DNA of 64,000 bases, taken from an uncultured bacterium. Its GTDB lineage: Bacteria; Oederibacteriota; PGYV01; CAWJRG01. The stretch spans positions 1-64,000 of the forward strand of contig CAWJRG010000009.1 in NCBI GenBank assembly GCA_963845185.1, read 5' to 3'. A model generated the notes under the pieces. That model had not been told where the DNA came from. It saw only the letters and a list, made by a program, of their open reading frames with translations, and ran no database searches. Made by a program: the position numbers and the translations under genes. Shown piece after piece: positions 1 to 10,899 of the stretch (positions are counted from its first letter, which is position 1; each line of letters opens with the position of its first letter).

Positions 1-1618
1 GTGTCATAATGTTTTTGTAGTCTGAAACGATATTTGACAGATAAAAAATGGTATAATGTCTCCAGAAAACACATCAGAAAAGGAGACAAAAATGGCATAC
101 CGATATGGAGACCGAAGTCAGTTGACAATGTTTCCGCAGAGCATAGAAGAATATGTAGGGGAAGATGATCCTGTAAGGGCGTACGACGCGTTCGTAAAGG
201 CGTTGAAAATGGAAGAACTTGGGATAGTAATAGATGAAACGCAAATGGGAAATTCGGAATACGACCCTGAGGCTATGATAAAATTGCTGGTATACGGATA
301 TTCATACGGGACACGAAGTTCGAGAAAACTGGAAAGAGCGACGCATCATAATGTGTCTTTTATGTGGCTGCTGGGAGGATTGAAGCCGGATCATAAAACA
401 ATAGCAAGGTTTCGAAAAGACAACCGGGAAATGTTGAAAAACGTGATGAAACAAAGCGCAAAGATGTGTATGAAACTGGGATTGATAGAAGGAAACACGC
501 TATTTGTAGACGGGAGCAAGATAAGGGCGAACGCGTCGATAAATAACACATGGACAATGGAGCGGTGTGAAAAAAGGATAAAGAAGATAGAAGAAAAGAT
601 AGAAGCGATAATAAAGGAGAGCGAAAAGATAGACGAGGAAGAAAGCAGCGCTGAATCGCTGGTAAAGATGAAGGAAAAATTAAGAGGCAAAGAGAAATTA
701 AAAGCAAAGATAAAAGAGGTAATGGAAGAAATAAGGAACGAGGGGAAAAAGTCGATAAATACGACAGACAAGGAATGCGTGAAAGTAAAAGGGCGTCAGG
801 GAACGCATGCGGGATATAACGGGCAGATAGTGGTAGATGAAAGACACGGACTGATAGTGCATAGCGACGTAGTAAACGAAAGCAATGACCGCAAGCAATT
901 CGGGAGTCAGATTGAAGAAGCGGCGAAAACAGTTGAAAACAAATGCAAAAACGCGGGGATGCCGGATATGCCAGCATAGAAGAAATGAAAAAGATACACG
1001 ACAAAGACATAAATGTAATAGTACCTTCTCAGGAACAGGTAGAGAAAAAAGACATCGGGCCGTTTGGGAAAGATAAATTCCAATACGATTCAGAGAAAGA
1101 TACCTACACTTGTCCCGAAGGACAGATATTGACATGGCATAGTTTTGATAAAAAAAAGAATCTTGAAGTATATAGGTCTACTGAAGAAAAGGCTTGTATA
1201 GAATGTAAAAACTTTGGAGTATGCACCCGGTCTCCGAAGGGCAGAATGATAAAGAGGCTAAAAAACGAAGAACTAAAAATATTGCTTGAAGAAAAATATA
1301 AAACAAAAGAATCGCAGGATATTTTCAAGTTGAGAAAAGAGAAAGCAGAGTTGCCGTTCGGACATATTAAAAGAAATTTTGGAGTAAGCGGGTTTCTGCT
1401 GCGAGGGCTTGAAGGAGCAAGAGCTGAGATGGCGTTGTTCACAAGTTGTTTCAATATGGCTCGAATGATAAGCATTGTAGGTGTCAGGGAGTTGATTGCG
1501 CAGCTTGGATAGCAAGAAACATCGGGCCACGCAGGTTTTTTGTATAAAACAGGATATTTTGTAGATTTTTTAATTTACCTACGGCAATCAGCTGTGGACG
1601 GAGACTTATGACACAGTC
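1..1618 (+). mobile_element. IS1182-family insertion sequence (left end clipped by window edge)
   Basis: Window starts GTGTCATAA and 1606-1618 reads TTATGACACAGTC (reverse complement GACTGTGTCATAA), forming terminal inverted repeats around a DDE transposase. Confidence 0.85.
92..1512 (+). pseudogene. IS1182-family transposase, frameshifted near 950-960
   Basis: N-terminal YDPEAMIKLLVYGY/SSRKLER/PDHKTIARFR and VDGSKIRANAS motifs lie in ORF 56-979. DAGY, YTCPEG and RKEKAELPFGHIKR continue in ORF 943-1512. GGAG RBS precedes ATG 92. Confidence 0.85.
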
Positions 1619-1632
1619 TGAAAACCGGTGGT

Positions 1633-1770
1633 TTCCTCTCCCTCGACGGGAGAGGAAAAAGGAGAGGGTGAAGCAGCGGCAATAAGGCATTAACGTATGG
1701 GTGGAAGAAATATTTTTTTACTGCTACTTCACCCTCATCCCAATTTTTCCCCATCGAGGGGGGAAGGGGA
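1633..1770. repeat. Inverted pair of REP-like palindromic repeats (CCTCTCCC-n-GGGAGAGG...GAGGGTGAAG type)
   Basis: TTCCTCTCCC-TCGAC-GGGAGAGGAA..GGAGAGGGTGAAGCAG at 1633-1676, and an inverted, degenerate partner CTGCTACTTCACCCTC..TTCCCCATCGAGGGGGGAAGGGG at 1721-1770. Confidence 0.6.
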
Positions 1771-1817
1771 CGTTTTTGAATCCTCCAACAAAGCCGGAGG
1801 TAATTTATAATTATGTT

Positions 1818-1845
1818 ATAGGGACACGCCATGGCGTGTCTCTAT
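1818..1845. repeat. REP-like palindrome (GTAG/CTAC type)
   Basis: ATAGGGACACGCCATGGCGTGTCTCTAT, near-identical to 22907-22934. Confidence 0.8.
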
Positions 1846-1873
1846 GATTAATATCCGCAACGGTGGACAAAAC

Positions 1874-4530
1874 ATGGACAAGTACGAACCAAAAGTAATT
1901 GAAGACAGATGGTATTCTTTCTGGATGCAGAAAAGCTTTTTTAAGGGCGACAACGAATCCTCAAAAAAGCCTTTTTCGATAGTCATACCGCCGCCGAACG
2001 TGACAGGCTCGCTACACATGGGCCACGCGCTTAACAACACCCTTCAGGACATACTGGCCAGGTACAAAAGGCTGGCGGGTTACAATGTGATGTGGCTGCC
2101 GGGCTGCGACCACGCGGGCATAGCGACCCAGAACGTGGTGGAACGCGAACTGAAAAAAGAAGGCAAGAAGAAAACAGACCTGGGCAGGGAAGAATTTTTA
2201 AAAAGGGTCTGGGAGTGGAAGGATTTATACGGCAAGACAATAATGAAGCAGTTAAGGAAGCTCGGCTCTTCGCTTGACTGGTCCAGGGAACGTTTTACCA
2301 TGGACGAGGGCCTGTCAAACGCCGTGAAAGAAGTTTTTGTGAGCCTTTACAAAGAAGGGCTCATTTACAGGGGGGATTACATAGTCAACTGGTGCCCGAG
2401 GTGCCTGACCGCAATTTCAGACATCGAGGTAATACACAAGGAAATCAGCGGGCATTTATACCATATAAAATACCCTTACGCGGACAATACAGGATACATT
2501 GAAGTCGCGACAACAAGGCCCGAGACAATGCTCGGGGATACGGCTGTCGCGGTAAACCCTGAGGACGACAGGTATAAAAACATAAAGGAAGGCACGCTGG
2601 TGATTTTGCCGGAAACGGGCAGGCAGATACCTGTTATAAAGGATCCATACGTGGACAGGGAATTCGGCACCGGCGCGGTGAAAATAACGCCCGCGCACGA
2701 CCCGAACGACTTTGAAATAGGCGCGAGACACAAGCTCCCGGTAATTAACGTCATGCATGAAAACGCGAAGATGAACGAGAAAGCAGGCGTTGACGGCAAA
2801 TACAAGGATCTGGACAGGTTTGTGGCAAGGAACAAGCTTGTGGAGACATTAAAAGAGCAGGGCCTGCTTGTGAAAATAGAGGACCATAAGCACGCGGTCG
2901 GGCACTGTTACAGGTGCGACACCATTGTGGAGCCTTATGTTTCGACGCAGTGGTACGTGAAAATAAAGCCTTTGGCCGAGCCTGCAATAGAAATAGTGAA
3001 GAGCGGCGAGGTTAAGTTTGTCCCTGAAATGTGGAAAAAAGTTTATTTTGAATGGATGAACAATATTAAAGACTGGTGCATATCAAGGCAGCTGTGGTGG
3101 GGGCACAGGATACCGGCGTGGTACTGCGGCGACTGCAAGCATATAACAGTGGCAAAAGAAACGCCTGCAAAATGCGAAAAATGCGGAAGCACAAACATAA
3201 AGCAGGACGAGGATGTTCTGGACACGTGGTTTTCCTCGGGATTGTGGCCGTTTTCGACGCTGGGCTGGCCGGATGAGACAAAGGACCTCAAGGTGTTTTA
3301 CCCGACGTCGGTGCTCGTCACAAGCTGGGACATCCTGTTTTTCTGGGTGGCGAGGATGATAATGATGGGCATGAAATTCATGGGGAAACAGCCTTTTTAC
3401 CAGGTGGTCATCAACTCCCTTGTCTGCGACGCAGAGGGCAAGAAAATGAGCAAGTCGTTCGGCAACGTGGTTGACCCGCTCGACGTAATGGGCAATTACT
3501 CGACAGACGCGTTACGGTTTACCCTGACGTCGCTTGAGACCCAGACGAGGTACATATCTTTCAGCGAGGAAAGGCTCAAGGGCAACCACAACTTCATGAA
3601 CAAGATATGGAACGCGTCGAAATTCGTGATCACAAACATAAACGGCTGCCAGGAGACGGACCTGGCGCGAAAACAAAAGAATTAAAGCTGCCGGAAAAAT
3701 GGATATTGTCGGAAATGAACAAGCTGGTAAAACGCGTCACCGAAGACATGGAAAAATACAGGTTTTCGGACGCGGCACTTTCCGTATACGAGTTTTTCTG
3801 GCACACTTTCTGCGACTGGTACATAGAAATATCAAAGATAGAGCTGGCCGCGGAAAACTCCGCATATAAAAATACCGTGCAGAATGTCTTATTGACAGTG
3901 CTGAAAAACACCCTGATACTGATGCACCCCATAATGCCTTTTATTACCGAGGAAATTTACCAGAGCATTAATTTTAAAGGGAAAAAGCAAAGCATAATGA
4001 TTGAAACATGGCCCGAATACAGCCTGGATTTTGAATTTGACCAGCTCGGGGAAATGGACGATTTGCAGAAATACATATACACGATAAGGAATTTAAGGGG
4101 AGAGTATGAAATATCACCGGGCGAAAAAACCGATGTTTACATAGGCCAGGTCAAAAAGGATAATATACACAGGAAATACGAGGCAATAATAAAGCAGCTC
4201 GCGAAAACGGAAAAAATGCTGGACAATTACGAGCCTGAAAATTTTATACTGGCGAATGTAACAGACGCAAAAGGCGCGCTTATAGCCGTTGCCGGCATAA
4301 ACAAAAACGTGCTGAAAAATGTGGATGCCATAATAAAAAACAAGGAAAAAAGGATAACTGAGCTTGAAAAGGCAATAACCGGCATTAAAATCAAGCTGAA
4401 TAACCCGAAATTTTTAGAGCACGCGGCAAAGAAACTTATTGAGGAAGAGACAATTAAAATGGACACGTACACTGAAGAAACGGGAAAAATAAAGAAACAA
4501 ATCGAAAGCTTGGGCGGCAGGAATGCATAA
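1874..4530 (+). CDS. valS: Valine--tRNA ligase, split by a 1-nt frameshift near 3660
   Basis: [28 protein letters not shown] and KMSKS motifs in ORF 1844-3685. The anticodon-binding ([23 protein letters not shown]) and coiled-coil domains are in ORF 3607-4530. Confidence 0.95.
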
Positions 4531-5374
4531 ACTGCTGAAAAAAAACTTAAAACAGATAGACGCAATGATAGACATTGCCTTAAAGGAAGACATAGGAGAG
4601 GTTGACATAACCACGGAAATTACAATCCCTGCAGGGGTAAATGCCATAGGCGAGTTCGCGGCAAAGGACGAGGGCATCATCTGCGGACTGCCCGTAGCAA
4701 AAAGGATTTTCGAGAAGCTTGACAGGGAAGTAAAGGTTTATCTGCGGAAAAAAGACGGCCAGGTTATGCAGCACGGGGACGTGCTGGCAACAGTCAAGGG
4801 CAAGGCAAGGGCAATACTTGCGGGCGAGCGGACCGCGCTTAATTTCCTGCAGAGGCTGTCGGGAATCGCGACTGCGACAAAAAAGTTCGTGGACATAGCA
4901 AAACCGCGCAATATTACGATACTTGATACGCGCAAGACAACGCCGGGGCTGAGGATATTCGAAAAATACGCGGTTTTAATGGGCGGCGGGCAAAACCACA
5001 GGATGGGGCTGTATGACGCCGTGCTTATAAAGGACAACCATTTGCAGGTCGTGGACATTAGGGACGCTGCAAAAAACATGCGGCGGTGGATACCGAGAAA
5101 CATGAAAGTCGAGATAGAAATAGACGATTTGCTGCTTTTAGACGAGGCAATAGAAGCAAGGCCCGACATTATAATGCTTGACAACATGACGCCGGAGATG
5201 ATTGACAAGGCAGTGGAAAAAATAAAAGGCAGGGTAAAAATAGAGGTTTCGGGCGGGGTGAACCTCGATAACATAAAAGAACTTGTGAAAAGGAAAGTTG
5301 ATTACATATCAATAGGCTCGATAACCCACTCGCCAAAGGCGCTGGACATAAGCTTTAATTTTACAACCAAGTAG
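4523..5374 (+). CDS. nadC: Nicotinate-nucleotide diphosphorylase (carboxylating)
   Basis: ERTALNFLQRLSGIAT, DTRKTTPG, NHRMGLYDAVLIKDNH and IMLDNM motifs. Confidence 0.95.
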   Translation: MHKLLKKNLKQIDAMIDIALKEDIGEVDITTEITIPAGVNAIGEFAAKDEGIICGLPVAKRIFEKLDREVKVYLRKKDGQVMQHGDVLATVKGKARAILAGERTALNFLQRLSGIATATKKFVDIAKPRNITILDTRKTTPGLRIFEKYAVLMGGGQNHRMGLYDAVLIKDNHLQVVDIRDAAKNMRRWIPRNMKVEIEIDDLLLLDEAIEARPDIIMLDNMTPEMIDKAVEKIKGRVKIEVSGGVNLDNIKELVKRKVDYISIGSITHSPKALDISFNFTTK

Positions 5375-5405
5375 TATTCCCCCTTCTTCAGAGAGAGGCA
5401 GCAAG

Positions 5406-7019
5406 GAGTCTGTCTCAAAACTCTTTTAAACGCCTTGCATTGCCTACACTTATCGCGTTTTTTAGCCCCTATCTTTATTATTTCTCTTCTTTTCGATTTG
5501 TGGTTCTTTTCTTGTCAGGTTGCGAACCTTAATTTAACCTTACCTTCCCTCCACAAGGCATACATTGTCTTTATGTTATGGGCGGCGCATATAAAAGACC
5601 ATTGTGTTTTTACGCTTTCGATTCCTCTAACACTAAATCTTGTAAAACCAAGTACGTTTTTTATACGTCCCAATAATGGCTCAACTATTGTTTTTCTCTT
5701 TCGAAGCTGTTCTTTCCAGTTATTGACCCTAGCTTCTTCTCTGTATATTGACACTATCTCCTCATACTCATGCTTATTTGCTTCTATTATCCTTCCGGAT
5801 TTTACCTTGCTGCATTCGTATTTATAAATACAATCCCTATGATCCCCGCATCGGTATATCATTGTCTCTTTTCCGTTTTTCTTCTTCCTTATACTGGTAT
5901 ATTCAAGCCTGCCATTTTTAGGACATACATATTCGTTTTTTTCTTTGTCGTATTTAAAATGCGCTTTGCCATACGGCCTATCGCTGTCATCCTCCGGCAA
6001 GTTAACAATTATATTCCTTTTTTCTTCTTTGGCTTTTGCCAGTTCTTCCGGTGAATAATACCCTCCATCCGCAAGCGTTACTCCTGATTTTTGTCCGGTA
6101 TTCGACTCTGCTTTTTCTATCATATCATTCAGCATGTGAGCATCCGATTCCTTGTTTGTCACATTCTCTGCCACAATTATCTGTTTCTTTGCGTCCACAA
6201 CAACCTGTGAGTTATATGCCTGTTGCAGTCCTTTACCTCTTGTCATCATGAACCGGCTGTCTCTATCTGTGGGGTTTTCAGTTGTTTTTCCTTCACTTTT
6301 CATACGTTCTATATGTTCTCTTATTACCTGACGCAGTTTCTCCTTTTCCTGCAATTCTTTTGGCATTCCGCACTTACTTTTGTCCTCTTCATCGTCTTGT
6401 TCGTCATTTTTCTCAATTTCCACCATTATTTTGTCTATTTCTCTGTCTAATTCTTGTATTTTTTTATTCATGTCTTTTATTGTTTTGGTCTTTTCCTTAT
6501 TTACATCTGCCTGTATTTTTGTGCCGTCCACGGCTTGAATTTCAAAACCAACCAAATTGTTGTTTGTTGCCACACGCACCGTCTCCTTCAGTAAAACCCT
6601 TATCTGCTCTTTATTTCCTTTAAAAAATCTCCATAGCGTATTATGGTCGGGATGATTATTCCCGGTTATCCATATCATCCCCATTGAATCGTAAGTCATT
6701 TTTTCAACTTTTCTGCTGCTCTTTTTTCCTTCCAGTATGCCGTACATCCATGCCCCAAGTAAAAGATCTACAAAATATCCCGGTCTTCCGGTTTCTTCTT
6801 CCATTTTAAAACCCATCTCTTCAAGCGGTAATTCTTCTACGAATTCTACGACAAATCGAGCTAAATGATCTTTTGAAACCCAATCTTCTATTGCCGGTGG
6901 CAGTAGATACATTTGATTTCTATCGGCTCTTATCGTTGGCATTTGGTTTCTCCTTCGCTAAATTTTGAAACCATTATACCATTTATGTCAAAGAATTAAG
7001 AGGCTTTTGAGACAGACTC
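5406..7019 (-). mobile_element. IS1182-family insertion sequence
   Basis: Terminal inverted repeats GAGTCTGTCTCAAAA (5406-5420) and TTTTGAGACAGACTC (7005-7019) flank an intact transposase. The exact boundary is ambiguous because the flanks are also inverted repeats. Confidence 0.9.
5515..6942 (-). CDS. IS1182-family DDE transposase
   Basis: LLPPAIEDW, SSRKVE, PDHNTLWRF, VDGTKIQA, LADGGY, YVCP and RKTIVEPLLGRIK motifs. Confidence 0.92.
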   Translation of the reverse strand: MPTIRADRNQMYLLPPAIEDWVSKDHLARFVVEFVEELPLEEMGFKMEEETGRPGYFVDLLLGAWMYGILEGKKSSRKVEKMTYDSMGMIWITGNNHPDHNTLWRFFKGNKEQIRVLLKETVRVATNNNLVGFEIQAVDGTKIQADVNKEKTKTIKDMNKKIQELDREIDKIMVEIEKNDEQDDEEDKSKCGMPKELQEKEKLRQVIREHIERMKSEGKTTENPTDRDSRFMMTRGKGLQQAYNSQVVVDAKKQIIVAENVTNKESDAHMLNDMIEKAESNTGQKSGVTLADGGYYSPEELAKAKEEKRNIIVNLPEDDSDRPYGKAHFKYDKEKNEYVCPKNGRLEYTSIRKKKNGKETMIYRCGDHRDCIYKYECSKVKSGRIIEANKHEYEEIVSIYREEARVNNWKEQLRKRKTIVEPLLGRIKNVLGFTRFSVRGIESVKTQWSFICAAHNIKTMYALWREGKVKLRFAT

Positions 7020-7128
7020 CTTGCCGCCTCTCTACAAATGCTTTTAACGCAATCATTACGAAACTTTTTGGTGTTTTAGTTGTCTAATCATCAGTTTAAA
7101 AATACAGCTTTTAAGGAGGATTTAACTG

Positions 7129-8430
7129 ATGAAAAAACAAAAGGTTCTCATGGTTTTAGGCTTGGCTTTTATCCTTCTTGCATCATTCAGCTGCAAGTCG
7201 CACAATCCATCGGCAATAACACCCATCCAGCCGCCGCAGCAGGCGCATGCCGCAATCGTTCAGGAGCCTCCCGGTGACGGGAACAATGATTTTACCTTTG
7301 ATCTTTATCACCAGATAAATTCTTCAAACAGCAACGTATTTTTCTCGCCTTTCAGCATTTATACGGCGCTATCGATGACTTATGAAGGCGCGAAAAATGA
7401 AACTGCGTATGAAATGGCAAAGGTTCTTTATTTGCAGCAGGATAATGCCACGCGCTGGCAGAATTTCACGAATTTAATCAGAGAAATAAACAACCCGAAC
7501 AAGAATTACACTCTAAGCACTGCCAATAATCTCTGGCTGGAACAGAACTTTCAGTTTTATCAGAGTTTCCTAAACGCAGTAGAGACGTACTACAGCGCTT
7601 CTGCCACGGCCATGGATTTTTTAAATAACCCAACCGGGTGCATGCAGACAATCAACAACGCGGTAGCAAATGAAACCAACAACAAGATTACCAACCTGCT
7701 GCCTGCAGGAAGCATTACCCCGGAAACAGAGCTTGTCCTGACCAACGCGATATATTTTTATGCCACGTGGCAGAACCAGTTCGATCCGAATAACACCATG
7801 CCTTATCTTTTTACGACAAGTTCCGGCTCAACAGAGACGGTGCAGATGATGAAACAGACTTTGTCGGCAAATGTTGAGAATTATTATGGGGTCGCGCAGG
7901 TTATGGAGCTGCCTTACGTGAACAAGGAAGTGTCGATGTTTATATTCCTTCCGCCTGCAGGCGCTATGGATAGTCTTGATGCAAATATGACAGGCGCCAA
8001 GATGAACGCATGGCTGGCAGCAAGGCCGGCAACAGTCACTTCAACAGCGCAAGTTGTGCTGTCAGTTCCAAAATTTACAGTGAACACCACATATAATGCC
8101 ATGGCAGATACTTTATCCGCAATGGGCATGCCTACGCCTTTTTCGCAGTCGGCTGCAGATTTTTCAGGCATGTCGCCGGCTGTTGGCCCTAATTTTAACC
8201 TTTACATTTCCAAGGTTATACACAAAGCATATGTTTCAGTAGCTGAAAAAGGCACAGAAGCTGCGGCAGCAACTGCAGTAATTGTAGTTGGCATTACTTG
8301 CGTTAGTTATCAGCCAGTTGTCCAATATGTTTACTTTACCGTTGACCATCCGTTCATATTCATGATAAGGGAAAATACATCAAATACGATATTATTCATC
8401 GGCAAGGTCAATGACCCGAACGCGGGATAA
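7129..8430 (+). CDS. Serpin family protease inhibitor, lipoprotein (copy 1)
   Basis: Lipobox-like signal (LASFSC), NVFFSPFSI, LVLTNAIYF, hinge EKGTEAAAAT and FTVDHPFIFMI motifs. Confidence 0.95.
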   Translation: MKKQKVLMVLGLAFILLASFSCKSHNPSAITPIQPPQQAHAAIVQEPPGDGNNDFTFDLYHQINSSNSNVFFSPFSIYTALSMTYEGAKNETAYEMAKVLYLQQDNATRWQNFTNLIREINNPNKNYTLSTANNLWLEQNFQFYQSFLNAVETYYSASATAMDFLNNPTGCMQTINNAVANETNNKITNLLPAGSITPETELVLTNAIYFYATWQNQFDPNNTMPYLFTTSSGSTETVQMMKQTLSANVENYYGVAQVMELPYVNKEVSMFIFLPPAGAMDSLDANMTGAKMNAWLAARPATVTSTAQVVLSVPKFTVNTTYNAMADTLSAMGMPTPFSQSAADFSGMSPAVGPNFNLYISKVIHKAYVSVAEKGTEAAAATAVIVVGITCVSYQPVVQYVYFTVDHPFIFMIRENTSNTILFIGKVNDPNAG

Positions 8431-8457
8431 GCTGTAAAATTAGGGAGGTTTAAAGTA

Positions 8458-9747
8458 ATGAATAAGCAAAAGGTTCTCATGGTTTTAGGTCTGGCTTTAA
8501 TTCTTTTTGCATCATTCAGTTGCAAGTCACACAACCCTTCGGCAATAACGCCGATCCAGCAGCAGCAACAGCAACAGGTGCAGTCTGCAGTAATACAGGA
8601 ACCGCCTGCCGAGGGGGACAATGATTTTACCTTTGATTTGTACCACCAGATAAATTCAGACAGCGCAAACGTATTTTTCTCGCCGTTCAGCATATATGAC
8701 GCGCTTGCCATGACCTATGAAGGCGCAAAGGGAGAGACAGCGGGCCAGATGGCAAAGGTGCTTTACCTTCAGCAGGACAACAACACGCGCTGGCAGGCTT
8801 TCGCGGGTTTAATCGCAGAAATAAACAACCCGGCCAAGAATTACACGCTCAGCACAGCAAACAACCTCTGGCTTGAGCAGGATTATCCTTTTGTGCCGGG
8901 CTTTTTAAACACAGTTGAGACATACTACAGCGCTTCTGCCACGGCAATGGATTTTGTGGGCAACCCGAGCGGCTGCATGCAGACAATAAACACGGCTGTA
9001 GCGAATGAGACCAACAACAAGATTACAAACCTGCTTCCAAACGGAAGCATTACAGATAAAACCGTGCTTGTCCTAACAAACGCGATATATTTTTACGCCA
9101 CATGGCTGAACCAGTTCAACGTGGCGAACACCACTCCGACTGCTTTTACGGCAAGTTCCGGCGCAACAGAACAGCCGGATACCATGCACGAGACTATTGC
9201 TGCCAATGTGGAGAATTATTATGGGGTTGCGGCGGCAATGGAACTGCCTTACGTGAATAAGGAAGTATCGATGTTCATATTCCTCCCGCCTGCAGGAGGC
9301 ATGGCAAGCCTTGACACTTACATGACAGGCGCAAAGATGGACTCGTGGCTGGCGGCACGGCCCGCGACAGTCACTTCGACAGCGCAGGTCGTGGTTTCGC
9401 TGCCGAAATTTACAGTGAACACCACGTATGACGGCATGGGCGATACTTTAAAAAATATGGGCATGACTGATGCTTTTTTGCCGGGAACCGCTGATTTTAC
9501 AGGCATATCAACCGTGGGGCACCTTTATATTTCCAGGGTTATACATAAGGCGTATGTTTCTGTGGCTGAAAAGGGCACAGAAGCAGCGGCGGCAACAGCA
9601 GTAATTATCGCGCAGACATCGTGCGTAACTGCGCCCCCTAAGTATATTTATTTTACAGTGAACCATCCGTTCATATTCATGATACGTGAAAATACGTCAA
9701 ACACGATATTATTCATCGGCAAGGTTAATGACCCGAACGCGGGTTAA
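8458..9747 (+). CDS. Serpin family protease inhibitor, lipoprotein (copy 2)
   Basis: Paralog of the upstream serpin with the same motifs and a Q7 tract after the signal peptide. Confidence 0.95.
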   Translation: MNKQKVLMVLGLALILFASFSCKSHNPSAITPIQQQQQQQVQSAVIQEPPAEGDNDFTFDLYHQINSDSANVFFSPFSIYDALAMTYEGAKGETAGQMAKVLYLQQDNNTRWQAFAGLIAEINNPAKNYTLSTANNLWLEQDYPFVPGFLNTVETYYSASATAMDFVGNPSGCMQTINTAVANETNNKITNLLPNGSITDKTVLVLTNAIYFYATWLNQFNVANTTPTAFTASSGATEQPDTMHETIAANVENYYGVAAAMELPYVNKEVSMFIFLPPAGGMASLDTYMTGAKMDSWLAARPATVTSTAQVVVSLPKFTVNTTYDGMGDTLKNMGMTDAFLPGTADFTGISTVGHLYISRVIHKAYVSVAEKGTEAAAATAVIIAQTSCVTAPPKYIYFTVNHPFIFMIRENTSNTILFIGKVNDPNAG

Positions 9748-9772
9748 TCGGCATAAATTATTGCATTGAAAT

Positions 9773-9800
9773 AAGCCCGGGGCCGAATGCTCCGGGCTTT
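9773..9800 (+). terminator. Probable intrinsic terminator after the serpins
   Basis: AAGCCCGGGGC-CGAAT-GCTCCGGGCTTT hairpin. Confidence 0.65.
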
Positions 9801-9813
9801 ACAATTCGAAAAC

Positions 9814-9907
9814 AAAAGGGCTCCGCACACCTTGATATACCCCTTATATCATTTGCCATCTGCAGAGATGGCTCACACCTAACAAACAACACCGGAGCCC
9901 TTTTTTT
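9814..9907. ncRNA. Candidate structured small RNA (three-way junction)
   Basis: Closing stem AAAAGGGCTCCG/CGGAGCCCTTTT encloses the hairpins TGATATA-CCCCT-TATATCA and GCCATC-TGCAGA-GATGGC. Confidence 0.4.
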
Positions 9908-9910
9908 ATA

Positions 9911-10085
9911 CCTCTTTTAACAAAGGGGGCCAGGGGGATTTTAAATAGTTTTTAAATGCCGGTTTCAAATTATAATCCCCCGCCCCTTGCGGAGTTCGAT
10001 ATCCCAGTGGGATGTTGAACGGGAGAATTCATCTTTGAATCTTCATAATATGCTTTTCTCCCTAAGGGTCTGGGTGAGGGGTGCC
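9911..10085. repeat. Cluster of degenerate GC-rich palindromic intergenic repeats
   Basis: CCTCTTT-TAAC-AAAGGGGGCCAGGGGGATT, AATCCCCCGCCCC and TCTCCCTAAGGGTCTGGGTGAGGGG resemble the 1633-1770 type. Confidence 0.4.
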
Positions 10086-10168
10086 CTTGTTTTTTATCTT
10101 TAGTTTTCCGCTTCCTGTTACCTTGCATATCAAATGTTAAATAAAATAATCAGTTAAATAAAATAATC

Positions 10169-10197
10169 TTGAATAAGCCTGCCTGAAGGAGTATATT
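10169..10197 (+). promoter_or_regulatory. sigma70-type promoter upstream of leader element copy 1
   Basis: TTGAAT-17 nt-TATATT, with a further TATAAT at 10201. Confidence 0.5.
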
Positions 10198-10210
10198 TTT
10201 TATAATATTA

Positions 10211-10308
10211 ATACCGCTTGTCCTCAGCCTTGGGCTTCGGACTTGAGCGGGTACTAAGATATCGTAATGTTTTGCCTGTGCCTGTCGACGGCTTGGCAAA
10301 ACAAACGC
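10211..10308 (+). ncRNA. Two-hairpin leader element, copy 1 (minimal form)
   Basis: P1 ATACCGCTTGTCC..GGACTTGAGCGGGTAC plus P2 CGTAATGTTTTGCC..GCC-TGTCGAC-GGC..GGCAAAACAAACG. Homologous to 17947, 19061, 19231 and 31587. Confidence 0.7.
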
Positions 10309-10329
10309 TATCATAAGAGGGAAGCGGTT

Positions 10330-10899
10330 ATGAAAATACGGATATTCAGTTTTCTTGCCCTGTTTTTGGCACTATCATTTTCCTTGTCTGCCATGGATTT
10401 CAAGACAGTGGAAAAATATGTCAAAAAACAGGGGTTTAGCATTGTAGATAGCAAAAATCTCAGCAGGCATTGTTTTAATAAGGCAAAAGCCCTGGATACT
10501 GAATCGCCCATTGCGTTTGAAATAGATTACAATAATAACGGCAGGAATGAATGGGTCGTTTTCATGGAAAAAATTGTTGAAAGCAGGGATCCGCACGGAA
10601 AATCAAAATACACGGTGCACAGGAAAATCCTGATATTATTTGATGAGCCAAAAGGCATAAGGGAAGTCTGCCTGGAAAATTTTAATTATGTGCACCTGGG
10701 CAAAAATGAAATTTACCCGATAGATTTTGTTGTTGAAAAATACACGGAAAATACGATAAAAGACCATGAAAAAGGCAGGACTATTATAATCAAGCTTAAG
10801 AACCCGGTAATATACGCAGCGCAGTGCGAAGGCTCGTCGTATTATGTCCTGAATACCGGCGGGAAATACAGCTACAAAAAAATATGGGTTTCTGACTGA
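10330..10899 (+). CDS. Hypothetical secreted protein
   Basis: ATG 10330 after GAGGG. Signal peptide MKIRIFSFLALFLALSFSLSA and a DYNNNGRNE loop. Confidence 0.7.
   Translation: MKIRIFSFLALFLALSFSLSAMDFKTVEKYVKKQGFSIVDSKNLSRHCFNKAKALDTESPIAFEIDYNNNGRNEWVVFMEKIVESRDPHGKSKYTVHRKILILFDEPKGIREVCLENFNYVHLGKNEIYPIDFVVEKYTENTIKDHEKGRTIIIKLKNPVIYAAQCEGSSYYVLNTGGKYSYKKIWVSD

Noticed and set aside
3640..3690. Programmed ribosomal frameshift in valS
   Set aside because: No canonical X XXY YYZ slippery site with a stimulatory structure, and other indels in the window point to sequencing error.
9814..9907. Retron msr/msd
   Set aside because: The inverted-repeat-closed structure is short and there is no reverse transcriptase in the window.
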